DNA of 64,000 nucleotides from an uncultured Verrucomicrobiota bacterium (GCA_964650945.1 CAZYXU010000001.1:32474-96473); one strand, 5' to 3'. Shown: positions 1 to 9,205, counted from the stretch's first letter. A program made the numbers and translations. Notes: generated by a model not told the origin, from the sequence alone.

Positions 1-714
1 TAACAGCAGCAGTTCCAGCATCTGGTTTTGACCGATGCTGGTGTCGGTCAAAATCACCTGGTCCGCCAGATGGCTTTCCAGGAATCCCCGCATTTCATCG
101 AGCGTGCCCTTCACCAGGTCGGGGGGAATGCCGGGATGCAGCGGGGCCTCGCCGATTTTCAGGCAGGCCACCACTTGCGAGCGCAGGCGCGGTTCACTCT
201 GCAAAGCCTTGCGCAAGCGGGCGGCCAGGGCATCGGTGCCGATCAAAATGACACGGTTGACCGTGCGGCGCTGCCGGGCCAGGCGGATTTCCCAGCGGAA
301 GAGCAGCCAGCGTTCGAGCAGGACGGTCAGGCTGATGGTGGGGATGGCCAGGAAGGCGACCATGCGCGCAAATTCCGGCTTGGTGCGCACCACGAAGGTC
401 AGGGCAATGGCGATGACGACGCCGGTGATCACCCCGCGGATCAGGCGGGGAATGCGGCCGCCGAAATCGCCAATCTGCGGGCGCACGTAAAGCTTCAGGG
501 ATTGAAAGGCGAAGAGCGTGACGATGGTGGTCACAATCGCGCCGCCGGTGTACATGGTGTAAAGCTGCGCCGGGGGCTTGTCATGAAAAAGCGGCACCCA
601 GCCGCTGTTAAAACGCAGCCAGGTCGCCAGCATGAATCCGGCAAACACCGCCAGCGCGTCGCCGGCCACCGCCAGGCAACTGGCTAATACATCGGATGTG
701 TCCCGCATGTGCAT
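1..714 (-). CDS. Polyprenyl-phosphate sugar phosphotransferase (WbaP/EpsB-like priming glycosyltransferase), N-terminal part; the gene's 3' end lies beyond the window start (partial)
   Basis: Reverse-strand reading from ATG (comp. 714/708) gives MHMRDTSDVLASCLAVAGDALAVFAGFMLATWLRF...RTVNRVILIGTDALAARLRKAL...VILTDTSIGQ. Four hydrophobic helices followed by a Rossmann-like ILIG(T/A) stretch are typical of the N-terminus of bacterial sugar transferases. The ORF track missed it because it runs off the window edge. The + strand ORF 28..687 is the antisense artefact. Confidence 0.6.
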   Translation of the reverse strand, partial: MHMRDTSDVLASCLAVAGDALAVFAGFMLATWLRFNSGWVPLFHDKPPAQLYTMYTGGAIVTTIVTLFAFQSLKLYVRPQIGDFGGRIPRLIRGVITGVVIAIALTFVVRTKPEFARMVAFLAIPTISLTVLLERWLLFRWEIRLARQRRTVNRVILIGTDALAARLRKALQSEPRLRSQVVACLKIGEAPLHPGIPPDLVKGTLDEMRGFLESHLADQVILTDTSIGQNQMLELLLL

Positions 715-719
715 GGCTG

Positions 720-1424
720 TTAGATCTGGTCGTTGCTCAAGATTTCACGGAGATTGTATTTGAGGATGCACCATAAGGCCGCACAGCCGTCCCGCCAGGT
801 GATCTTCTTGCCCGCGGCGTAGTCGCGGCCGTAGTAGGACACCGGCACCTCGTAAATGCGCCAGGATTTGCGGGCGATTTTGGCGGTGATTTCCACCTCG
901 AAGCCGAAACGGTTTTCCCGCAGCGCCAGCCCCTGCAGCACCTCCCGCCGGAATACCTTGTAACAGACTTCCATGTCCGTCAGGTTCAGGTTGGTGAAAA
1001 TGTTGGAAAGCGTGGTCAGCAGACGATTGCCCAGATAGTGCCAGTAAAACACCACCCGGTGCGGGCCGCTCAGGAAGCGCGAACCGTAAACCACGTCGGC
1101 ATGCCCCTGCAGGATCGGCGCGAGTAAAACCGGGTATTCGCGCGGGTCGTATTCCAGGTCGGCATCCTGGATCAGGACAATGTCGCCGGTGGCCGCGGCA
1201 AACCCCGTGCGCAAGGCCGCGCCCTTGCCCTGGTTGCGCTCGTGGTAAAAACAGCGGACATCCCCCGGCAGTTTCCGCATCAGTTCCCGCGTGCCGTCGG
1301 TGGAGCAGTCGTCCACCGCGATCAATTCCTTGGGCAGGTCAATGGGCGCATCGCGGACCGCCTGCAGCAATTTTTCCAGGGTGTGGACTTCATTATAAAC
1401 CGGTATGACAATGGATAATTTCAT
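720..1424 (-). CDS. Family 2 glycosyltransferase (polyprenol-phosphate glycosyltransferase, DPM1/ArnC-like)
   Basis: 234-aa ORF with the IVIPVYNE start, the [17 protein letters not shown] and a YGSRF segment, which are GT2 (GT-A fold, DxD) hallmarks. Confidence 0.85.
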   Translation of the reverse strand: MKLSIVIPVYNEVHTLEKLLQAVRDAPIDLPKELIAVDDCSTDGTRELMRKLPGDVRCFYHERNQGKGAALRTGFAAATGDIVLIQDADLEYDPREYPVLLAPILQGHADVVYGSRFLSGPHRVVFYWHYLGNRLLTTLSNIFTNLNLTDMEVCYKVFRREVLQGLALRENRFGFEVEITAKIARKSWRIYEVPVSYYGRDYAAGKKITWRDGCAALWCILKYNLREILSNDQI

Positions 1425-1902
1425 TGATGCGCAACAGGTGCCAGAGCCGCCAGATCAGGTGATTCAGCAGCAAACTGTAAGCCGCCGCGATGCAATCGTC
1501 AATCACAATTCCAAGGCCGCCGTGCAAAGCCTGCAGTTGCCGGGCCGGGGGCGGCTTCAGGATGTCCATGGCCCGGTTGGTCAGGAAGGCCAGCACCAGC
1601 ACCGCCGGCGTCAGCGGCAGTCCCAGCAGGCCGATGGGGAAGGTCAGGTATTCGTCGGCGACAATCCGGCCGTCATCCTTGCGCTGAAAGTGCCGCTCCG
1701 CCGCGCCGCAGACGGGAATGGCCAGCGCGGCCAGGAACAGGGCGGCCAAAACCTGGTAGGGCCATAAATGCGCGCCGGCCCACAAGGGCGCCAGCGCCAG
1801 CATCAGCAACAGTCCCGGCAACGTGCCGAAAGTGCCGGAAGCCACCGGGGCATACCCCAAGCCTGCCCCGGTGGCCAGGAGCAGCATTAATTTTTTTTGC
1901 AT
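1393..1902 (-). CDS. pgpA: Phosphatidylglycerophosphatase A
   Basis: 169-aa membrane protein with the GTFGTLPG motif near the N-terminus and an IVIDD segment, as in the PgpA family. Its 3' end overlaps the GT2 gene by 32 nt. Confidence 0.75.
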   Translation of the reverse strand: MQKKLMLLLATGAGLGYAPVASGTFGTLPGLLLMLALAPLWAGAHLWPYQVLAALFLAALAIPVCGAAERHFQRKDDGRIVADEYLTFPIGLLGLPLTPAVLVLAFLTNRAMDILKPPPARQLQALHGGLGIVIDDCIAAAYSLLLNHLIWRLWHLLRINEIIHCHTGL

Positions 1903-1944
1903 TTAGTATGGATGTGGATGGGGCGCGTTGCCCGCATGTAAAAA

Positions 1945-4917
1945 TCACGAGCAGCCCATGGAATTGCCGCAGACGTAGCAGCGGTAGCAGGCGCCGTTGC
2001 GGACGGTGATGGCGCCGCATTGGTCGCAGACCGGGGCGTCCTCCTGGAAATGCAGGAACTGCCCGTCCAGGCGCCCCTGGGCATCCCCCGCCGCCGGTTC
2101 GGCCTGGGCGGCGGCCGGCGCGGCGGCGGCGGGTGCGGCGGCCGCCGGTTCGGCGGCGGGCGCGGGATGCTGCGCGGCCTTGGAATGGCCATCGGGGAAA
2201 GTCAAAGCCATCCAGCGGAAGATGTAATCCACGAGCGACTTGGCGAAGGGAATCTCCGGATTTTTGGTGAAACCGCTCGGTTCGAAACGGCTGTGGGTGA
2301 ATTTGTCAATCAGCGTGCTGATTGGCACGCCGTATTGCAGGCACATCGAAATGGCCGTGCCAAAGGCGTCCATAATGCCGCCCACCGTGCTGCCTTCCTT
2401 GGCCATGGTGATGAAGAGCTCGCCCGGCGCGCCGTCTTCATACAGCCCGACGGTCAGGTAACCCTGATGGCCGGCAACTTCGAATTTATGGGTGATGGAC
2501 TGGCGCGTTGCCGGCATCCGGCGCCGGAAAGGCTTGTTGGCCGGGCCCTTGGCGGCGGCCTCGTCAGTCGTTCCGCCCGCGCTTTCCCGGTTGGTGCTGA
2601 CCGGCTGGATACCCTTGGACCCGTCGCGGTAAATGGCCACGGCTTTCAACCCCAGTTTCCAGCCGTCCATGTAAGCCTGCAGCACATCCTCGACGGTGGC
2701 GTTGTTGGGCATGTTGATGGTTTTGCTGATGGCGCCGGAGAGGAAGGGCTGGGCCGCCGCCATCATCTGCAGGTGCGCGTGGTAGTTGATGCAGCGCTTG
2801 CCGTTCTTGGGCTTGAACGCGCAGTCGAACACCGGCAGGTGCGCCTCCTCCAGTTCCGGCGCGTCTTCAATCGTGTCGGTCTTGTCCACATGCGCGATAA
2901 TGGCCCGGATTTGCGCCGGGGTGTAGCCCAGGCGCTTGAGCGCGATCGGCAGCGACTGGTTGACGATTTTGAACATGCCGCCGCCGGCCAGTTGTTTGTA
3001 TTTCACCAGGGCGATGTCCGGCTCAACGCCGGTGGTATCGCAGTCCATCATGAAGCCGATGGTGCCGGTGGGCGCGAGGACGGTGACCTGGGCGTTGCGG
3101 AAGCCCTGGGCGAGCCCGGCTTCGCGGACATGCTCCCATACCGTCTGCGCTTCCCGCAGGATCACGCCGTTGCTGGCGGTGGCCGCGATGTGCGCCAGGG
3201 CGTCATGATGCTTGCCGATCACCTTGTTGAACGGTTCGCGGTTGAGCGGATACTCGTCAAAAGCACCCTTGACGCCGGCCAATTCGATGGAAGTGGCGTA
3301 CGCGGCCCCGGTCATCAGGGCGGTTACGGCGCCGGCGAAGGCCCGGCCGTCATTGCTGTCATACGGCAGCCCCAGGTTCATGATCAGCGCGCCCAGGTTG
3401 GCGTATCCCAGGCCCAGCGGACGGAAGCGATGGGAATTCTCCGCGATTTCGCGGGTCGGATAGCTGCCGTGGTCCACCAGGATTTCCTGGGCAATGACCA
3501 TGATGCGCGCTACGTGCTGGAACTGCCGGACGTCGAACACCTGGCGCTCGTCGGAAAATTTCATCAGATTGATCGAAGCCAGGTTGCAGGCGCTGTTGTC
3601 CACGAACATGTATTCCGAACACGGGTTGCTCGCGTTGATCGGCCCGCTTTTCGGACAGGTATGCCAACGGTTGATCGTGGTGTCGTATTGGAGCCCCGGG
3701 TCGCCGCAGAAATGCGCCGCCTCGGCGATGTTCCGCATCACCTGCCGCGCGTCCAGCACTTCCACAATCTCGCCCGTGGTGATCGCGCGGGTGTGCCAGA
3801 CCGTGCCGGCCTGCACGGCGTTGAGGAAGTCATCCGTCACGCGCACCGAAAGATTGGCGTTCTGAAACATGACCGATGAGTAAGCGTCGCCGTTGAAGGA
3901 GCCGTCATAGCCGGACTTGATCAGCACGCGCGCCTTTTTCTCTTCGTTGACCTTGCAATTGATGAAATCCAGGATGTCGGGATGTTGCACCTTGAGGCTT
4001 TGCATCTTCGCCGCGCGCCGGGTTTTGCCGCCCGACTTGATCACCGCCGCCACCTGGTCGAACACCCGCATGAAACTCAGCGGGCCGGAGGGCGTGCCGC
4101 CGCCGGAAAGCTTTTCGCGGCTGCTGCGCAGCGTGCTTAAATCCGTGCCGGTGCCCGACCCGTATTTGAACAGCATGGCCTCCGAACTCGCCAGGCGCAT
4201 GATGTCCTCCATGTTGTCGTTCACCGACTGGATGAAGCAGGCGGAAGCCTGGGGGTGCTTGTAGGAGTCCGCGGCCTTTTCAATCCGGCCGGCCTTGGCG
4301 TCCCAGTAATAGGCGGAGCGATTGTTGGAGGTCACGCCATACGCCTGTTGCAGTCCCACGTTGAACCAGACCGGGCTGTTGAAGGCGGCGTATTGGTTGA
4401 CGCAAAGATGCGTGAGTTCCTTGTAAAACACTTCGGCATCGGCCGGCGTCGCAAAGTAACCGTCATCGCGCCCCCAATCGGCGATGGTGCGCGCCACGCG
4501 GTGCACCAACTGGCGCACGGATTTTTCGCGCACGGCCGCGCCATGCGCGCCGTAAAAATATTTCGACGCCACCACGTTGGTCGCCAGCATGGACCAACTC
4601 TTCGGCACCTCAATATCGTCGGCTTCAAAAACCACTTCGCCCTTGTCGCTTTTGATGACTGCTTTGCGCTGTTCCCATTCGATCGCATCGAAGGGATGCC
4701 GGTCGGGGGTGGTGAATAATGGCTTGATCTGGATGCCCATGGCCTTGACCTTGCGTCCGTTGTTGCCGCCTTTGCGTGAATTGCGGGCGCGCACGCCCTC
4801 CGCCGATTCCGTCGTTTCAGTTTTTAATGCCCGGTTAACGCTGTCGTTTGCAGTATTATTCGCGGTGTTATCGCCCAAAGCCAGGCCGAGGCCGGCTGGT
4901 TCGCGGATTTCCAACAT
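1945..4917 (-). CDS. nrdJ: Class II (adenosylcobalamin-dependent) ribonucleoside-diphosphate reductase
   Basis: 990-aa ORF. The body from MGIQIKPLFTTPDRHPFDAIEWEQRKAVI...VVASKYF onwards is canonical NrdJ, with the Cys-rich C-terminal tail CDQCG...CYRCYVCGNSMGCS. An AGGAGA RBS sits 7 nt upstream of the ATG at 4917. An alternative internal start at comp. 4740 would drop a 59-aa low-complexity N-terminal extension. Confidence 0.9.
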   Translation of the reverse strand: MLEIREPAGLGLALGDNTANNTANDSVNRALKTETTESAEGVRARNSRKGGNNGRKVKAMGIQIKPLFTTPDRHPFDAIEWEQRKAVIKSDKGEVVFEADDIEVPKSWSMLATNVVASKYFYGAHGAAVREKSVRQLVHRVARTIADWGRDDGYFATPADAEVFYKELTHLCVNQYAAFNSPVWFNVGLQQAYGVTSNNRSAYYWDAKAGRIEKAADSYKHPQASACFIQSVNDNMEDIMRLASSEAMLFKYGSGTGTDLSTLRSSREKLSGGGTPSGPLSFMRVFDQVAAVIKSGGKTRRAAKMQSLKVQHPDILDFINCKVNEEKKARVLIKSGYDGSFNGDAYSSVMFQNANLSVRVTDDFLNAVQAGTVWHTRAITTGEIVEVLDARQVMRNIAEAAHFCGDPGLQYDTTINRWHTCPKSGPINASNPCSEYMFVDNSACNLASINLMKFSDERQVFDVRQFQHVARIMVIAQEILVDHGSYPTREIAENSHRFRPLGLGYANLGALIMNLGLPYDSNDGRAFAGAVTALMTGAAYATSIELAGVKGAFDEYPLNREPFNKVIGKHHDALAHIAATASNGVILREAQTVWEHVREAGLAQGFRNAQVTVLAPTGTIGFMMDCDTTGVEPDIALVKYKQLAGGGMFKIVNQSLPIALKRLGYTPAQIRAIIAHVDKTDTIEDAPELEEAHLPVFDCAFKPKNGKRCINYHAHLQMMAAAQPFLSGAISKTINMPNNATVEDVLQAYMDGWKLGLKAVAIYRDGSKGIQPVSTNRESAGGTTDEAAAKGPANKPFRRRMPATRQSITHKFEVAGHQGYLTVGLYEDGAPGELFITMAKEGSTVGGIMDAFGTAISMCLQYGVPISTLIDKFTHSRFEPSGFTKNPEIPFAKSLVDYIFRWMALTFPDGHSKAAQHPAPAAEPAAAAPAAAAPAAAQAEPAAGDAQGRLDGQFLHFQEDAPVCDQCGAITVRNGACYRCYVCGNSMGCS

Positions 4918-4977
4918 GGGGAGGTCTCCTAACTACAATTCATTAAGCAAATTACAACGATTGGTGGGCATTGCCTG

Positions 4978-5034
4978 CCACAATATTTGCCACCTTTTTT
5001 AAAAACAAGTCACTTTTAACACTACCTGTAGTGG
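4978..5034. promoter_or_regulatory. Two candidate NrdR-box-like operators upstream of nrdJ (CCACAATATTTGCCACC at 4978-4994; ACACTACCTGTAGTGG at 5019-5034)
   Basis: The second site matches the published 16-nt NrdR consensus acaCwAtATaTwGtgt at about 12/16 positions with palindromic flanks ACACTA...TAGTG. The first contains a CACAATAT half-site. Both lie 60-120 nt upstream of the nrdJ start in an AT-rich intergenic region. Confidence 0.3.
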
Positions 5035-5260
5035 ATGCCAAGAAAAAAATTTTAGCAAAAATATGAATGCCTAATTTTGCTTGGAAAACTGCGTTTTTTT
5101 TATTTTTTTTATTGAAAGAGTTGCTTCCAAAAGTCAAATATTGAAAGCGGTAGTCAGTATCCAGCGGTAAGTAGTCAGGATCGCAAAAGACACAAGACAT
5201 TTATAACAAACATCTTGTATTTATTCTGGATTCTGACTTGAATTCTGAATTCTTTCCATT

Positions 5261-5436
5261 AGCATCCCCCAGGATGCTCAGGCTGTAGGCTGAAGGCTGT
5301 AGGCTATAGGAAAACCGCGGATTTCAAGCATCGGATCGGAAAACACAGTTCCGTTTTTTTTGCCGATGTTTTTCGGGGTTTTAACCTACAGCCTACAGTC
5401 TAATAACCTTCAGCCTTGGCGTCCCTTATGGGACGC
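5261..5436. repeat. Composite inverted-repeat element: hairpin AGCATCC-CCCA-GGATGCT (5261-5278); left arm GGCTGTAGGCTGAAGGCTGTAGGCTATAGG (5281-5310); 73-nt core; right arm AACCTACAGCCTACAGTCTAATAACCTTCAGCC (5384-5416); hairpin GGCGTCCC-TTAT-GGGACGCC (5417-5436)
   Basis: Read directly: 5297-5310 pairs with 5385-5398 (14 bp, 1 mismatch) and 5288-5296 with 5408-5416 (9 bp), nested correctly. Two short perfect hairpins flank the arms symmetrically. The region is about 40% GC in a 65% GC genome. Confidence 0.5.
5329..5368 (+). terminator. Intrinsic-terminator-like hairpin (CGGAA-AACACAG-TTCCG followed by T8) nested inside an outer CATCGG/CCGATG pairing
   Basis: On the + strand the 5-bp stem and 7-nt loop are immediately followed by TTTTTTTT (5354-5361). 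The outer complementary hexamers 5329-5334 and 5363-5368 enclose the hairpin and T-tract. It lies inside the IR element core, about 330 nt upstream of the + strand gene at 5690. Confidence 0.4.
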
Positions 5437-5689
5437 CAGTGAAATTGGCTCAAAAAAATATTTTGCCGTGTTCATCGGGCGGATACGCGGCCGGCGTGAT
5501 CACGGCTGCGTCATACTCGGAAAAGACGGCTCGGCAGGGACGCCTCGCCCCACCATTTTGGCCATATCATCCTTGGTGGGGCGAACCGTCCCTGGTGAGC
5601 CGCAAGAATGACGCAGCCGTGCCGGCCTGATGCGGAGCGAAAATACCTGATTGCATTGTCGGGGATGGATTGATAACATCATCCGCATT

Positions 5690-6262
5690 ATGAAAAAACA
5701 TGCTGTAGTTTTTTTCGCGGCGTTTTTTAAACGCTGCTGGCCGCTGGGCCTGGCGGCGTTATGCCTGGTCTCCGCGCCCCGCGCGCAAGCCGAGCATTTG
5801 CTCGACCTGGGCGCGCGCTATCATGCCGCGCATCACCAGTTTGACAAACTGCCGTTCGGCAATGGCGATATCTCTTATCTGCTGGCCTATTCCTACGCCG
5901 AATCGCTGGCGCTCTGGCAATTGGGTGTGGATTTCGCGCCGGATGTTTCCGGTGAAATGGCGCTGGCGGGCGATCGGGTTGTCGGCGATATCGATTATGC
6001 CGTTACGCCGCAATTGAATTTGATCATCAAGGATAATTACTTCCGCGGCGGGGCGGGGGTGCGCACCAGCTATGTGGAAGCCGAAGATGACAGCGAGTGG
6101 CTCGATCCCTATTGGCAGTTTCTGCTGGGCCTGAATTTTCCGCTGATGGGCCGGTTTTCCCTGGATGCGTCCACAAGTTACGTCTTCGAACACCTGGAAA
6201 AACTGGATGGCTTCGATTTCCGCGATCTGGAATACCAACTGACCTTGAATGTGAAATTCTGA
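5690..6262 (+). CDS. Hypothetical secreted protein, probably a small outer-membrane beta-barrel (signal peptide; C-terminal Phe)
   Basis: N-terminus MKKHAVVFFAAFFKRCWPLGLAALCLVSAPRAQA is signal-peptide-like. Alternating hydrophobic residues and the terminal ...LTLNVKF are OMP-like. It is the first gene of the + strand glycosyltransferase cluster. Confidence 0.5.
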   Translation: MKKHAVVFFAAFFKRCWPLGLAALCLVSAPRAQAEHLLDLGARYHAAHHQFDKLPFGNGDISYLLAYSYAESLALWQLGVDFAPDVSGEMALAGDRVVGDIDYAVTPQLNLIIKDNYFRGGAGVRTSYVEAEDDSEWLDPYWQFLLGLNFPLMGRFSLDASTSYVFEHLEKLDGFDFRDLEYQLTLNVKF

Positions 6263-6336
6263 TTTGCCGCGGCGCCGCCGGCGGCAATCCCGGCAGCCGC
6301 TCCTGGCCCCCGCGCCGGTGAACCGGACGGTTTATA

Positions 6337-6873
6337 TTGCTTATGTCCAACGCATCCCCATCCGCAGCGAGCGCGCCGCCGGCCGGCCCGGCGGAGGCCG
6401 GTTTCGAGCTGGACATCGGCGCGGATGGCGTGGATGCGGAGCGGATCATGGCGGAAGTGCGCGCGGCGGTGGCGCGCAAGACGGAGGCCGGGGTTTATCG
6501 CGACTTGCGGATCGCCCAGGCCGAGCGCCATAACCTGCAAAACCTGCGGGATGACGAAAAATTTTTGCAGTTTTACCTGGAATGCCTGCATGAGGCCGCT
6601 TGCGTCGACATCAATGATTTTGAAATCCGCGAACGGCGGCGGCTGGGCGCCGGCCTGCTGGTGGCGTTGAAGCGGGCCGTCTGGCAGTTGTTGAAGTTCT
6701 ACACTTACCGGCTCTGGTCGCAGCAAAACCAGGTCAACGGCCTGCTGGTGACGGCGCTGGAAAGCCTGGATGAAAAATACCGGGTGCGCCTGGCGGCGCT
6801 GGAACAAAAAGTCGCCGCGCGGCCGCAAGCTGCGCAGGAAGGAACGCAGGTATGTCCACCGCCCGGCGCATAG
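6337..6873 (+). CDS. Hypothetical protein (no recognisable family), overlaps the start of the downstream GT4 gene
   Basis: 178-aa ORF, co-directional with the next gene and overlapping it by 22 nt (6852-6873); no motif recognised. Confidence 0.4.
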   Translation: MLMSNASPSAASAPPAGPAEAGFELDIGADGVDAERIMAEVRAAVARKTEAGVYRDLRIAQAERHNLQNLRDDEKFLQFYLECLHEAACVDINDFEIRERRRLGAGLLVALKRAVWQLLKFYTYRLWSQQNQVNGLLVTALESLDEKYRVRLAALEQKVAARPQAAQEGTQVCPPPGA

Positions 6874-8039
6874 CTTTTGTATGCCCGCGTTTTGCGGAAG
6901 GCGGCACGGTGGGCGGCGCCGAGACCTTGTTGAAAAATCTGGCGGAGCGCGCCGCCGCCGCCGGCCGCCAGGTGGCGTTCCTCACCACCTGCGCCGCCGA
7001 TCATTTCACCTGGGCCAACACCCTGCCGCCGGGCGTCCGCCAATTTGCCCCCAACATGACCGTGCAGTTTTTCCCCGTCGCGGAAAAACGCGATCTGGCG
7101 GAGTTCCTGCGGGCGCAGGATTTGATCTGCCGCGGCGCAGCCTATACGCCGGCGGATGAGCAGGCGTGGCTGGCCAACAGCGTCACCAGTCCGGCGCTTT
7201 GCGCGCATCTGGCGGAGGCCGGCGCGGCCTACGACCGGATCGTCATCGGGCCGTATCTGTTCGGGCTGACGTATTTCGCCAGCCAGGTCCGGCCGCGCCA
7301 GACCATCTTGCTGCCTTGCCTGCATGACGAGAGCTTTGCCCGGGTCCGGGCGTTCCGCGCGATGTTTCGGGCGGTGGGCGGGCTGATCTTCAATTCCGTT
7401 CCGGAACGCGAACTGGCGCGCCGGCTTTACGACCTGCCGCCGGACCGCGCCTGGGTGGTGGGGATGGGGTTGGACGCCTTCAGCGCCGATGCCGCGGCTT
7501 TCAGCCGGCGGCACGGACTGGCGGCGCCTTACTTGATCTATTCCGGCCGGCGCGAGGCGGGCAAGGGCGTGCCGCTGCTCCTGGATTATCTGAATCTTTT
7601 CCGGCAGCGCACGGGCATGGATGTCAAGCTGGTGCTGACCGGATCGGGAACGGTGGATCCGCCTCCCGGCCTGGCGCGGCATATTCTGGATGTGGGATTT
7701 GTCAGCGAAGCGGAGAAGCGCGAGGCCATGGCCGGCGCGGCGGTGTTTTGCCAGCCGTCCACCAACGAGAGTTTCAGCATCGTGCTGCTGGAGGCCTGGC
7801 TGGCGGGAACGCCGGCGTTGGTGCATGCGCGGTGCGCGGTCACCACCGATCATTGCCGGCAGAGCGGCGGCGGCCTGTGGTTCATGACTTACGCGGAGTT
7901 TGAAACGGAGTTGCTGCTGCTGCTGCGCCGGCCGGACTTGCGCCGGCGCATGGGGGCGGCGGGACGCGCCTATGTCGCGCGCGAGTATTCCTGGCCGGGC
8001 ATTCTGGCCAGGTTCCTCGCGGCGCTGGACCAGGAGTGA
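6852..8039 (+). CDS. GT4 family glycosyltransferase
   Basis: 395 aa; N-terminal IAFVCPRF...GGAE and a C-terminal E...FSIVLLEAWLAGTPAL block typical of Glycos_transf_1 (GT-B). Confidence 0.85.
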   Translation: MSTARRIAFVCPRFAEGGTVGGAETLLKNLAERAAAAGRQVAFLTTCAADHFTWANTLPPGVRQFAPNMTVQFFPVAEKRDLAEFLRAQDLICRGAAYTPADEQAWLANSVTSPALCAHLAEAGAAYDRIVIGPYLFGLTYFASQVRPRQTILLPCLHDESFARVRAFRAMFRAVGGLIFNSVPERELARRLYDLPPDRAWVVGMGLDAFSADAAAFSRRHGLAAPYLIYSGRREAGKGVPLLLDYLNLFRQRTGMDVKLVLTGSGTVDPPPGLARHILDVGFVSEAEKREAMAGAAVFCQPSTNESFSIVLLEAWLAGTPALVHARCAVTTDHCRQSGGGLWFMTYAEFETELLLLLRRPDLRRRMGAAGRAYVAREYSWPGILARFLAALDQE

Positions 8040-9142
8040 ACGCCATGGCTGCGCCAGATATTAAAAGCCGGCCCGCGGTCCACCAGTTCGTGGCCGGTTT
8101 CACCGCCGGCGATGCCATCAGCAATGCCGCCTTGACCATGCGCGCGGTGTTGCGGCAGTGGGGCTATGCCAGCGAAATTTTCAGCGAGCCGGCGCGCACC
8201 ATGCCCGCCTGGCGGCGGGAAACGCCGGATGTGCGCCAGGCGGACAAGCTGGTGCGGCCGGACGATGTGGTGATCCTGCACCTGTCCATCGGCTCGCCCG
8301 TCAACGATCTCTTTGCGCAATTGCGCTGCCGCAAGGCGCTGCTTTATCATAACATGACCCCGGCGGAATATTTCCGCGGCTTTCACGAGCAACTGGCCCG
8401 GGATTTGGACTGGGGCCGCCGGCAGACGGCGGCGCTGGCCGGCCAGGCGGAAGTGGTGATGGCGGTCAGCCGGTTTAACGCCGCGGAGTTGCAGCGCCAG
8501 GGTTACTCCCGCGTGGCGCTGCTGCCGCTGTTGCTGGATTTCGACCGCATCCTGACCCCGCCGGACCGCGGACTGCTGCGGCGCCTGCGGGACGGCCGGC
8601 TGAACGTGGTGTTTGTCGGGCGCGCCGTGCCGAACAAGAAACTGGAGGATTTGCTGCAGGCCTTTTATGTCCTGCAGCGGGCCGTGGCGCCGGCTTCGCG
8701 CCTGATCCATGTGGGCTCCTTCGCGGGGTTGCCCCGCTACCAGGCGTTGCTGACCGCGCAAGTCAAGGCCTGGCGCCTTAAAAACGCGCTTTTCCTGGGC
8801 GCCGTTCCGCAACGCGAACTCAGCGCCGTCTATGCCGCCGCCGATGTCTTCCTGTGCGCCAGCGAACACGAGGGGTTTTGTATCCCGATCCTGGAAAGCA
8901 TGGCGCACGGGGTGCCGGCGCTGGCCTACGCGGCCGGCGCCGTGCCGGAAACCATGGCCGGCGCCGGGGTTTTATTTCACCAGAAACGCTGGGAATACGT
9001 GGCGGAAATCATCGGCCTGCTGGCCCGCGACCGGGTTTTGCGCGCGGCGGTTATCCGGCGCCAGCACGACCGGGTGGCGGAATACCGCCGGCGCGATTTG
9101 GCCGCGGAATTGCGCGCACACCTGGCGCCCCTGTTGGATTGA
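8036..9142 (+). CDS. GT4 family glycosyltransferase
   Basis: 368 aa; C-terminal SEHEGFCIPILESMAHGVPALA block of Glycos_transf_1. 4-nt overlap with the upstream GT4 gene. Confidence 0.85.
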   Translation: MNAMAAPDIKSRPAVHQFVAGFTAGDAISNAALTMRAVLRQWGYASEIFSEPARTMPAWRRETPDVRQADKLVRPDDVVILHLSIGSPVNDLFAQLRCRKALLYHNMTPAEYFRGFHEQLARDLDWGRRQTAALAGQAEVVMAVSRFNAAELQRQGYSRVALLPLLLDFDRILTPPDRGLLRRLRDGRLNVVFVGRAVPNKKLEDLLQAFYVLQRAVAPASRLIHVGSFAGLPRYQALLTAQVKAWRLKNALFLGAVPQRELSAVYAAADVFLCASEHEGFCIPILESMAHGVPALAYAAGAVPETMAGAGVLFHQKRWEYVAEIIGLLARDRVLRAAVIRRQHDRVAEYRRRDLAAELRAHLAPLLD

Positions 9143-9205
9143 CTTGATTCGTTGGCGCGAATACGCTATCAATGATCGGGTTTTGGGTGGTTACCCCGGC
9201 GCGGG

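Noticed and set aside
28-687. 219-aa + strand ORF at the window start
   Set aside because: The opposite strand encodes a WbaP-like sugar phosphotransferase N-terminus with coherent TM/Rossmann architecture. The + strand product is Gly/Arg/Ala-rich with no family resemblance.
2020-3879. 619-aa + strand ORF inside nrdJ
   Set aside because: It is antisense to the class II RNR gene, which has unmistakable conserved motifs on the minus strand.
4741-5000. Cobalamin riboswitch upstream of nrdJ (and likewise upstream of cbiB at 41443-41576)
   Set aside because: I looked for the B12-box (AGYCMGGAAGRCCTGCC-like) and the conserved GCCACUG core on the relevant strands and found nothing resembling them. 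Biologically a B12 riboswitch is not expected on the B12-dependent RNR.
6705-7853. 382-aa minus-strand ORF
   Set aside because: Antisense to the GT4 gene at 6852..8039; low-complexity translation.
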